Shown piece by piece: positions 16,982 through 24,521 of a stretch of DNA of 64,000 nt. This DNA is from Legionellales bacterium (GTDB lineage Bacteria; Pseudomonadota; Gammaproteobacteria; Legionellales; Legionellaceae). How positions within the stretch are numbered: the first letter of the stretch is position 1; every line of letters starts with the position of its first letter. The stretch is taken from assembly GCA_020050595.1 (NCBI GenBank), contig JAGVKL010000024.1, forward strand, positions 2,299-66,298. The letters are read 5' to 3'. The notes under the pieces are model-generated. The model saw only the letters and a program-made list of their open reading frames with translations. It was not told the DNA's origin and made no database searches. Position numbers and translations under genes: made by a program.

Positions 16982-17638
16982 TCAGACTAAAATCCTATAT
17001 TCATGATAACGCTCTTCAGCATACGCCAATACCTTGGGAAAAAATAAGATTTTAACGAACACATCAGCCGGACTGCGCTTAGCCGTGTAGAGTAATGAAG
17101 CGTAATCATTATGCCTAACCATATGCTGTAGCAATTCTGAAGCGGCAGGCTCAGCTCGGCAATAAGCGATAAGCGCCTCGAAAAAAGGCGCGTGTTTTTG
17201 CTCTAACGCCAAATAAAGTATTAGCGAGCCCACTGCATTGAGAAGCCCTATTTTTTGACTGGGCGAAACATAAGAGATTAGCAAATGGAACATATCCACA
17301 TCGCCTGCATAAGCGGCTAAGGAGAAGGCTTCCGCTTGAGTTAAATCGGCAAGATGGGGTCGAGTGCTCATTAGCAGGCCAAATTTATCCAAAGAGCGGT
17401 CCAATAGTTTGCGCACTAACTCGATGCTTCCTGCTTCCACCGCTAAATAAAAGGCTTCTGAACCAGGGCTAGAAAGGCTCGTTTTATCTGCATCGGTTAG
17501 CATCGAGTCCCATAAGAAAATCCCCCAACTAGCATCACCCTTGCGGCAAGCACCGATAAAGAGGCACCGAAGCCTATCAGAAAACATCGCTTTCCCACTC
17601 AAAAAGCCTATTTGATCATTAAGGCCTTCTGACTGCAA
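16982..17638 (-). CDS. 218-aa ankyrin-like repeat protein
   Basis: Repeated helix pairs (YLAVEAGSIELVRKLLD, FSLAAYAGDVDMFHLLISY, LYLALEQKHAPFFEALIAY). One unit (SPSQKIGLLNAVGSLILYLAL) mirrors the 41-aa repeat of the 1195-aa protein. Confidence 0.55.
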   Translation of the reverse strand: MQSEGLNDQIGFLSGKAMFSDRLRCLFIGACRKGDASWGIFLWDSMLTDADKTSLSSPGSEAFYLAVEAGSIELVRKLLDRSLDKFGLLMSTRPHLADLTQAEAFSLAAYAGDVDMFHLLISYVSPSQKIGLLNAVGSLILYLALEQKHAPFFEALIAYCRAEPAASELLQHMVRHNDYASLLYTAKRSPADVFVKILFFPKVLAYAEERYHEYRILV

Positions 17639-17692
17639 TAGTTTTAATCAAATTCATGGGGATGAATCAGATCCCGAACGGATTATCCGGGG

Positions 17693-18646
17693 TCACCCCC
17701 CTAGACGTAGCGAAGCGAGACACCTCAAATAATCTCCCGCAATATCAAGCTTTGTTTCCGCGGCAATTTCGCGGATGCAGGTGGGGCTTGTGACATTAAT
17801 CTCGGTGAGATAATCGCCAATGACATCAATGCCCACGAAGTATAAACCCTTTGCTTTTAACGTCGGGGCTATTTCGGCACAAATCCATCGGTCGCGCGAA
17901 GTTAGGGGCACCACCTTGCCCTCCGCCCCTGCTGCTAGATTTCCCCGTAATTCACCAGGCGCTGGAATACGTGCTAAAGCAAAGGGAATTGGCTCGCCAT
18001 TGATCAATAAAATGCGTTTATCGCCTAATGTACTAATTTCGGGGATATACTTTTGAGCCATGATGCTTACCGTTTGCCCGTGGGTTAATACTTCTAAAAT
18101 CACTGATAAATTACGCGCATCATCATTCACATGAAAAACCGAGCGCCCCCCCATCCCCTCTAAGGGTTTAAAAATCACATTTTTATGCGCTTGCCAGAAC
18201 GTGCGTAACTGATGAATATCGCGACTAACTAAGGTAATAGGGCAACATTGAGGGAAATTTAACGTGAAAAATTTCTCATTCGCATCGCGTAAACTCTGCG
18301 GCTTATTAGCAATCAATACCCCCTCTTTTTCTGCAAGCTCTAGAGCATAGGTTGCATAAATATATTCCATGTCGAAGGGGGGATCTTTTCGCATTAGAAT
18401 CATATCAAAAGCCGTCAGCGGCTGTTCGCCCAAAGGCGTTACTTTCGCCCAATCAGCTTTTTTTTCATCGGTTACTATAATTTGAGTAACATTGGCAAAA
18501 GCCTGCCCTTCGCGGCAAAATAAGTCATTTAAGGTAAAATAAACACAAGACCAGCCTAGTTTATTAGCACTTTGAATCATGGCCACTGTAGAATCTTTAT
18601 AAGCTTTGATGGTAGGCAAGGGGTCCATTAAAATTGCAAGCTTCAT
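17693..18646 (-). CDS. gshB: Glutathione synthetase (ATP-grasp)
   Basis: Typical prokaryotic GshB sequence (MKLAILMDP, ILMRKDPPFD, DKRILLINGEP, VIGDYLTEINVTSPT). Confidence 0.9.
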   Translation of the reverse strand: MKLAILMDPLPTIKAYKDSTVAMIQSANKLGWSCVYFTLNDLFCREGQAFANVTQIIVTDEKKADWAKVTPLGEQPLTAFDMILMRKDPPFDMEYIYATYALELAEKEGVLIANKPQSLRDANEKFFTLNFPQCCPITLVSRDIHQLRTFWQAHKNVIFKPLEGMGGRSVFHVNDDARNLSVILEVLTHGQTVSIMAQKYIPEISTLGDKRILLINGEPIPFALARIPAPGELRGNLAAGAEGKVVPLTSRDRWICAEIAPTLKAKGLYFVGIDVIGDYLTEINVTSPTCIREIAAETKLDIAGDYLRCLASLRLGG

Positions 18647-18680
18647 GCTATCTCCTATAGGGCTATAATCCTGTCATGAC

Positions 18681-19979
18681 TTACTCTCCGCCAATCGCTG
18701 CAATTTCACGCGCTGCAGCTAGCGCTGCAAGACGCGCTATCACTCCATAAGCGTAAAATCGATTGGACGAATCGCCTACTTTTAACTCTTCACAGGGCAT
18801 GTTACACGCCTTTGCAAATGCCAAAGGCTCAAAATGCATGCCTGGCGCATTGAGATTATCATCCGTACCTCTAGCTTGATGAACGCGATAAAAGCCCCCC
18901 ACTACAAATTGGCCTATCATATAGACCACAGGCTCAGCAACTGCCCCATTCGGCATGGTTTCAAAGCTGTAAACCCCCTCTTGAATCATCACTTTGGTGA
19001 CTTTTTGACTACCTTTGCTCGACGACATTTTTGTACGCTGCTTACGGTTAAGCTGTAATAATTGCGCTCCTTCGTGCACCATCATGACGCTCATCCCATA
19101 AGTGCCGTTATCCGCTTTGACAGCCACAAAGGGTTTTTCCTTAATGCCGTAATGTTCGTATTTTTGTTTAATAGCCGTTAATAAGCTATCCACTTCTTCG
19201 GCAATCACATCAACGCCTTTTTGCGCCATAAAATCCACGTTTTCTATGGCTCTAAACATCGGATTAATTAACCAAGCATCAATACCCACTAACGCAGCAA
19301 ACTCTTCTGCTACCTCATGAAAAAATTGGAAATGGCTGGATTTAAGGCGAGATGCCCAACCAAGCTTTGTCGTGGGGCGAATACGTTGCTCCACACCTTG
19401 TAAAATATCGGGCACACCGGTCGATAGGTCATTGTTTAGTAATAATAAACAAGGTTCAAAATTATCTAATTGAACCTTGGTACCTACGCGCTTTAAAGGC
19501 TCCACCACCACGACTTCACCTTGCTCTGTGATAAGCTCTGTAGGAGACGTAATTGCTTGATCTAAGCTACCAATACGAACAATAAAGCCGGCTTTAACGA
19601 AAATATCCCTTAAGACATTTAGGCTTTGTATATAAAATGGGTTACGAGTATGGCTTTCCGGCAGGATCAATATCTTTAAACAACTTGAAAAACTACCTCC
19701 CAGCGTTGATTGTGCCGCTTGAATACACAACGGCATAAACTCAGGATTTAAATTATTAAAACCCGCCGGGAATAAATTAGTATCCACTGGCGCTACTTTA
19801 AAGCCAGCATGGCGTAAATCAACTGAAGAAGTAATCGGCGCGGGAGTCGTTTGCCATTGCTTACGAAACCAGGCTTCAATCGTCGCAATTTTATTTAAAA
19901 TAACTTCTTCCACAGGAAAAAGCGGCCCAGAATGCGCTGTAGTTAAATTAGGAACAGGAAAATCTATTAATCGCATCAA
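18681..19979 (-). CDS. gshA: Glutamate--cysteine ligase, short non-E. coli type
   Basis: 432-aa ORF directly upstream of gshB. The sequence resembles the small proteobacterial GshA family (VDTNLFPAGFNN, VKADNGTYGM). Confidence 0.65.
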   Translation of the reverse strand: MMRLIDFPVPNLTTAHSGPLFPVEEVILNKIATIEAWFRKQWQTTPAPITSSVDLRHAGFKVAPVDTNLFPAGFNNLNPEFMPLCIQAAQSTLGGSFSSCLKILILPESHTRNPFYIQSLNVLRDIFVKAGFIVRIGSLDQAITSPTELITEQGEVVVVEPLKRVGTKVQLDNFEPCLLLLNNDLSTGVPDILQGVEQRIRPTTKLGWASRLKSSHFQFFHEVAEEFAALVGIDAWLINPMFRAIENVDFMAQKGVDVIAEEVDSLLTAIKQKYEHYGIKEKPFVAVKADNGTYGMSVMMVHEGAQLLQLNRKQRTKMSSSKGSQKVTKVMIQEGVYSFETMPNGAVAEPVVYMIGQFVVGGFYRVHQARGTDDNLNAPGMHFEPLAFAKACNMPCEELKVGDSSNRFYAYGVIARLAALAAAREIAAIGGE

Positions 19980-20178
19980 CTATCTCATCATTATTTGTCT
20001 TTTTGATGTTACCGCAGATGAACGGAGAATAAAATTATTATTACGGGTACGATTTTAAGCACAGTTATAAGATTTTTACCCTTAAAATCGCACCCTATTA
20101 TTACAGTCTTTGAGGATAACTGATATTATCTTGCTAAAATCCAGGGCAGCCGCATGATATGAAAAAATTAGACAATAA

Positions 20179-20267
20179 GCCGTCTTTGCGAGCGAAGCGA
20201 AGCAATCCAGATTAATTTACGTTTGAAGATCTGCACTGGATTGCTTCGCTTCGCTCGCAAAGACGGC
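20179..20267. repeat. Perfect 32-bp inverted repeat with a 25-nt loop
   Basis: GCCGTCTTTGCGAGCGAAGCGAAGCAATCCAG (20179-20210) pairs with CTGGATTGCTTCGCTTCGCTCGCAAAGACGGC (20236-20267). Confidence 0.9.
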
Positions 20268-20330
20268 AGACTGTTGTTTTATAATCATAAGATGCGATTG
20301 CCCTGCCTAAAATCAATTAAGGATACGTCT

Positions 20331-20612
20331 ATGCTAGCGGAGTTAGCGCAACAGTATGGTAATCAAATTCAGACATTTTATTATCTCTTACTCTTCATTA
20401 ATGCCCTTATTCATGTGATTTTTGCAGGAGCGGTGGCACGAGATGCGGGTAATTTGTACAAACTTTCCCAGCGCCCAGCATTGGTTTCTGCGGCGACGTG
20501 GGCCTTTGCCACCTTGATTGGCGGGGTTATTACTGCGGCTATTTATTGGTTTATCCATCATTCAACCATCACTCGACCAACCATAAGAGAGACACGTTAT
20601 GAACGAGCTTAA
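20331..20612 (+). CDS. Small membrane protein (93 aa, 2 TM)
   Basis: The ATG at 20331 is preceded by AAGGA. The upstream part of the tracked ORF (from 20223) runs through the palindrome and is unlikely to be coding. Confidence 0.5.
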   Translation: MLAELAQQYGNQIQTFYYLLLFINALIHVIFAGAVARDAGNLYKLSQRPALVSAATWAFATLIGGVITAAIYWFIHHSTITRPTIRETRYERA

Positions 20613-20931
20613 AATAAATACCATTGATGTACACGAATTACACAAACGGCGAGAAATTGATCCCAATCTTTGTATCATTGACGTTCGAGAAGATGACGAA
20701 TGGCAAGAGCAACATATTCCCCGAGCTGTACATATTCCCAAAGATTTAGTGGCCGCCCAGATTGAACAGATTGTGCCCGATCACAACCAACCTATCTACC
20801 TCCATTGCAAAGGCGGTGTACGCTCTATGCATGCGGCAGCTGCTTTGTTATCTATAGGGTATACATCGGTTTATTCTATAGACGGGGGCATTACGGCTTG
20901 GAGAAATGCAGGTTATCCTATCGAGCCTTAG
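20599..20931 (+). CDS. Single-domain rhodanese sulfurtransferase
   Basis: Rhodanese fold pattern with active-site loop CKGGVRS. Confidence 0.85.
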   Translation: MNELKINTIDVHELHKRREIDPNLCIIDVREDDEWQEQHIPRAVHIPKDLVAAQIEQIVPDHNQPIYLHCKGGVRSMHAAAALLSIGYTSVYSIDGGITAWRNAGYPIEP

Positions 20932-20934
20932 TAG

Positions 20935-21150
20935 TCTGTTGTCCTTAAGCCTACGCCACGTGGCTTGTCCACGGGGTGTAGGGATGCCGCGAGCAGTCCC
21001 GAACAAGTCGCCGGAGCAGAACGTAGCCATGGCTTTGGCTTTATGCCAATTGTCATTTGGATCTATCTGCCCTTCCAATCGTTCTTGTTGGGCCAAGGCC
21101 CAACCTACGAAAAATTTGGCTATACGAGAGTTGCACCCTTAATAAACTAC
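20935..21150. repeat. Degenerate copy of the palindromic repeat families (CGAACAAGTCGC segment plus the GGCCCAACCTAC...GTTGCACCC end module)
   Basis: GGCCCAACCTACGAAAAATTTGG...GAGAGTTGCACCCTTAATAAAC matches segments at about 31195-31260 and 46490-46550. CCCGAACAAGTCGCC resembles the inner arm of the 2377-2539 element. Confidence 0.6.
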
Positions 21151-21215
21151 TAAGCTTGCGTTATCTTGCTAATACCGCGATAATTTGGCACTAATCATAT
21201 CGTTCTAGGTTTTTT

Positions 21216-21638
21216 ATGCAACAATTAGGTCAATTTATTATACATCATTGGAGTCTTTGGTTAGCCTTAGCGATCATTCTTGCGCTCATTTTTATTAATG
21301 AGCTCAACTCGCAGAAAAAACGCGGCAAAACACTTACCCCGGCTCAAGCGGTTCATATGATCAATCGCGAAAATGCGGTCATCATCGATATACGTGAGCA
21401 AGAAGCCTTTCGTAAAGCGCATATTATTGATTCAGTACGTGCTGCAGCCGATGATTTTACCCAAAAACGTATGGAAAAATATAAAAATAAACCATTGATC
21501 CTCGTCTGCACTCGCGGCATGCAAGCGGCGAATCTAGCTCCAACATTAAAGGCGCAAGGATTCACTGAAGTAATGGTATTAGCAGGTGGCATTAGTGCCT
21601 GGCAAGAAGCAGGATTACCCTTGGTTAAGAAGCCGTAA
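21216..21638 (+). CDS. yibN: Membrane-anchored rhodanese-domain protein, YibN-like
   Basis: N-terminal TM segment plus a rhodanese domain (CTRGMQA loop), in the conserved position upstream of secB-gpsA as in enterobacteria. Confidence 0.75.
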   Translation: MQQLGQFIIHHWSLWLALAIILALIFINELNSQKKRGKTLTPAQAVHMINRENAVIIDIREQEAFRKAHIIDSVRAAADDFTQKRMEKYKNKPLILVCTRGMQAANLAPTLKAQGFTEVMVLAGGISAWQEAGLPLVKKP

Positions 21639-21675
21639 GGGTGATTGACGTTAACATTTAACGGGAATAAATAAC

Positions 21676-22164
21676 ATGACAAAAGCAGTTAAAGAAGAAA
21701 ACCAACAAGCCCCCGCTGAAGCGCAATTTATGATTCAGCGTATTTACATCAAAAATTTATCATTCGAAACCACCAATACCCCTGCCATTTTCCAACAGCG
21801 CTGGGAACCTGAATTAACTGTTGATTTAAATACGCAGCATCAACAATTAGACGATGGGGTTTACGAAGTATCTTTAACCGTAACCGCAACCGTTAAAAAT
21901 CAAAACGCTACGGCCTTTTTAGCGGAAGTCCAGCAAGCAGGTATTTTTACTATCAAAGGCGCCGGAGCCCCCCAATTAGAACATTTATTAGGCAGCTTCT
22001 GCCCTAGTCTACTATTCCCTTATGCGCGTGAAGCCATCACCACCGAAGTCAGTCGTGGAAGCTTCCCGCAATTGATACTTGCGCCCATTAATTTTGATGC
22101 ATTGTATATGCAGCAATTAGAAGAAAAACAAAAATCATCGAAAGAGAATACGGCTTTAAATTGA
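21676..22164 (+). CDS. secB: Protein-export chaperone SecB
   Basis: Typical SecB sequence (FMIQRIYIKNLSFE, CPSLLFPYAREAI, INFDALY). Confidence 0.92.
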   Translation: MTKAVKEENQQAPAEAQFMIQRIYIKNLSFETTNTPAIFQQRWEPELTVDLNTQHQQLDDGVYEVSLTVTATVKNQNATAFLAEVQQAGIFTIKGAGAPQLEHLLGSFCPSLLFPYAREAITTEVSRGSFPQLILAPINFDALYMQQLEEKQKSSKENTALN

Positions 22165-22224
22165 GAAGAAAGTAGCCTGAGAAAAATCCCCCTCTCCTGT
22201 GCGAAGCGTGAGGAGTGGGCTCTG

Positions 22225-22442
22225 ACGGATCGGCGAAAATTCAAACACAATTGCGTAGCCCGTAGCCCGTAAGGAGCAAAGCGGATTACGGGGATTGCGC
22301 TCCAAAGACCAATCAATGCAAATGTGTTTGCGCATTGTTATTGTTTTTGTTGTTTTATATGAGGAGTGTATCGTTCATTGAGAAACCCCGTAATCCGCTT
22401 TGCTCCTTACGGGCTACTCTGTTTGAATTTGCGCCGATCCGT
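22225..22442. repeat. Long imperfect inverted repeat (~57-69-bp arms, ~90-bp spacer)
   Basis: ACGGATCGGCGAAAATTCAAACA...GTAGCCCGTAAGGAGCAAAGCGGATTACGGGG pairs with CCCCGTAATCCGCTTTGCTCCTTACGGGCTAC.TCTGTTTGAATTTGCGCCGATCCGT. Confidence 0.85.
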
Positions 22443-22608
22443 AAAGAGAGGGCTACCTTTGCTGCAAGGCCTGACTCCAGATGCCCCATTAAAACATAAG
22501 GCTAATTGGACGCAGCGTTTTCGGGATGATATTTTCCTTAACTTGATGGCAGTATCTCTAACAGGGGATTCAATCTCGGTACGTTTCCGAGCGACGTGAG
22601 GAGGTTAC

Positions 22609-23592
22609 ATGATGACTACGATTGCTATATTAGGCGCAGGTTCTTGGGGGACCGCCGTAGCGATTCATCTTGCCAATAAGGGTCATCCTGTCCTGTTATG
22701 GGATCGGGATGCCAGTCATATTCAAAAAATGTGCAAAGTGCGTTGTAACCCCTACTATCTACCGGATACCCCTTTCCCAGCCAGCATCACACCCGTAGCG
22801 GATCTAGCGGATGCTCAAAAAGCAGAGCAAATCATCATCGCTACGCCTTCCCACGCTTTTGCTTCCCTACTGGCAAAGCTTGCTAAACCTGCCCAAGGAT
22901 TAGCGTGGCTAACCAAAGGGATCGATCCGGCTACCAATGACTTATTAAGTGAATTGGTCGCAAAAAAATGGGGTAAAACCTTCCCCATCGCCGTTATTTC
23001 AGGCCCTTCTTTTGCCAAAGAAGTCGCGAAATTTTTACCGACCGCCTTGGTGATCGCAGGTAATCATCCTTCTTATTTACAAGCTATTCATGGGATTTTA
23101 CATCACGATAACATTCGGGCTTACTTAACCGACGATCTGATTGGCGTACAACTTGCAGGCGCTATTAAAAATGTCTTAGCGATTGCGTGCGGTGTCAGCG
23201 ATGGTTTAAATTTTGGCGCGAATGCAAAAGCGGCCCTCATCACCCGCGGCCTTGCCGAAATGTGCCGCTTAGGGCTCCAATTAGGGGCCCGACAAGAAAC
23301 ATTTATGGGCTTAGCTGGTGTAGGTGATTTAGTCTTAACTTGCACGGATGATCAATCCCGTAACCGCCGCTATGGATTGCAATTAGGCAAAGGTATGGGT
23401 TTAGACGAAGCAGAAAAATTCATCGGCCAAGTCGTCGAAGGCAAGTACAACGCAGCCCAAGTCTGCACACTTGCTAAAAAACACCACGTTGACATACCTA
23501 TTTGTAACGAAGTCCATGCCTTATTACAAGGAAACGTAAATCCAAAAGCCGTCGTCATTAACCTAATGAGCCGGCCTGCGAAGGAGGAATGA
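22609..23592 (+). CDS. gpsA: NAD(P)H-dependent glycerol-3-phosphate dehydrogenase
   Basis: GAGSWGTA Rossmann motif and conserved GpsA blocks (ISGPSFAKEV, NVLAIACG, GDLVLTCT). Confidence 0.95.
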   Translation: MMTTIAILGAGSWGTAVAIHLANKGHPVLLWDRDASHIQKMCKVRCNPYYLPDTPFPASITPVADLADAQKAEQIIIATPSHAFASLLAKLAKPAQGLAWLTKGIDPATNDLLSELVAKKWGKTFPIAVISGPSFAKEVAKFLPTALVIAGNHPSYLQAIHGILHHDNIRAYLTDDLIGVQLAGAIKNVLAIACGVSDGLNFGANAKAALITRGLAEMCRLGLQLGARQETFMGLAGVGDLVLTCTDDQSRNRRYGLQLGKGMGLDEAEKFIGQVVEGKYNAAQVCTLAKKHHVDIPICNEVHALLQGNVNPKAVVINLMSRPAKEE

Positions 23593-23704
23593 TTTAAATT
23601 TATACCTTTAAGCCATTTTGCTATAATCCAGGCTTTGGGCATTTTTACCAGAACCGTTCGTCCTGAGGAGCCAGCCTAGCTGGCCTCTCGAAGGACTAGA
23701 TCAA

Positions 23705-24511
23705 TTACACATCAACCAATTCAATATCCCTTGCCGCTAAAGCTTGGCTTAAAAATAGCTCGCCTACTTTTTGAAAGCGTTGGATGGAGTCTGTTACTAA
23801 GTATTGGATCATGCCTTGGGATTTTTTCTCGTTTAGCAAATGCTTGCTTTGCAATAATTGTTTTAAGGCAACCGCGGTAGCGTCGGCGGAGTCCACTACG
23901 GAAACGTGCTTGGGTAATAGCGTAGTTAATAACGGTTTAAAGACTGGAAAGTGGGTGCACCCTAATAAAAGGGTATCTTCACCATCCAATTCGGTGAGGT
24001 AATGCGCTAAGGTGGTGCGGGCAATGGCGTTATCGACCATGCCTTCCTCGGCTAGGGCAACTAACAAGCTACAAGCCCGAGCGCTGATGGTTGCCGCGGG
24101 GATTTTTTCAGTAATTAAGCGTTGGTAGGCATTAGAGGCTATCGTGGTTTCGGTAGCAAAAACCGCTATCCGCTGATTTTTAGTCGCAGCCACCGCAGCA
24201 CTAGCGCCCGGAGAGACCACACCTAATACGGGGATATCAGGCAGCATGGCTTGTAAATGAGGCAGCGCTGCCGTGGTTGCCGTATTACAGGCAATGACTA
24301 AGGCCTTGATGCGTCGCTCTACCAGCAATCGCGCCATTTGTACGGCGTATTGTTTGACCGTATCCTTACTCTTAGTCCCATAAGGAAGGCGCGCGGTATC
24401 ACCTAAATAGATAAACGATTCATGCGGTAAAACGTACTTTAAAGCCCGTAATACCGTCAATCCTCCCATACCTGAATCAAAAACACCAATCGCTAATTGT
24501 GATTTATTCAT
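23705..24511 (-). CDS. murI: Glutamate racemase
   Basis: FDSGMGGLTV, two catalytic Cys blocks (IACNTAT, LGCTHFP). Confidence 0.92.
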   Translation of the reverse strand: MNKSQLAIGVFDSGMGGLTVLRALKYVLPHESFIYLGDTARLPYGTKSKDTVKQYAVQMARLLVERRIKALVIACNTATTAALPHLQAMLPDIPVLGVVSPGASAAVAATKNQRIAVFATETTIASNAYQRLITEKIPAATISARACSLLVALAEEGMVDNAIARTTLAHYLTELDGEDTLLLGCTHFPVFKPLLTTLLPKHVSVVDSADATAVALKQLLQSKHLLNEKKSQGMIQYLVTDSIQRFQKVGELFLSQALAARDIELVDV

Positions 24512-24521
24512 GTTGTCCTTG

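Noticed and set aside
20223-20330. 5' extension of the membrane-protein ORF (start at 20223)
   Set aside because: The extension runs through the right arm of the perfect 32-bp inverted repeat. A good AAGGA-N7-ATG start exists at 20331.
20848-21153. Three overlapping small ORFs between the two rhodanese genes
   Set aside because: The region is a degenerate copy of the palindromic repeat families, and the ORFs overlap each other in different frames without RBS.
22020-22599. ORFs 22020-22316 (-) and 22366-22599 (+) between secB and gpsA
   Set aside because: They encode mirror-image peptides (VIRFAPYGL) because they read through the two arms of one inverted repeat. They are not credible genes.
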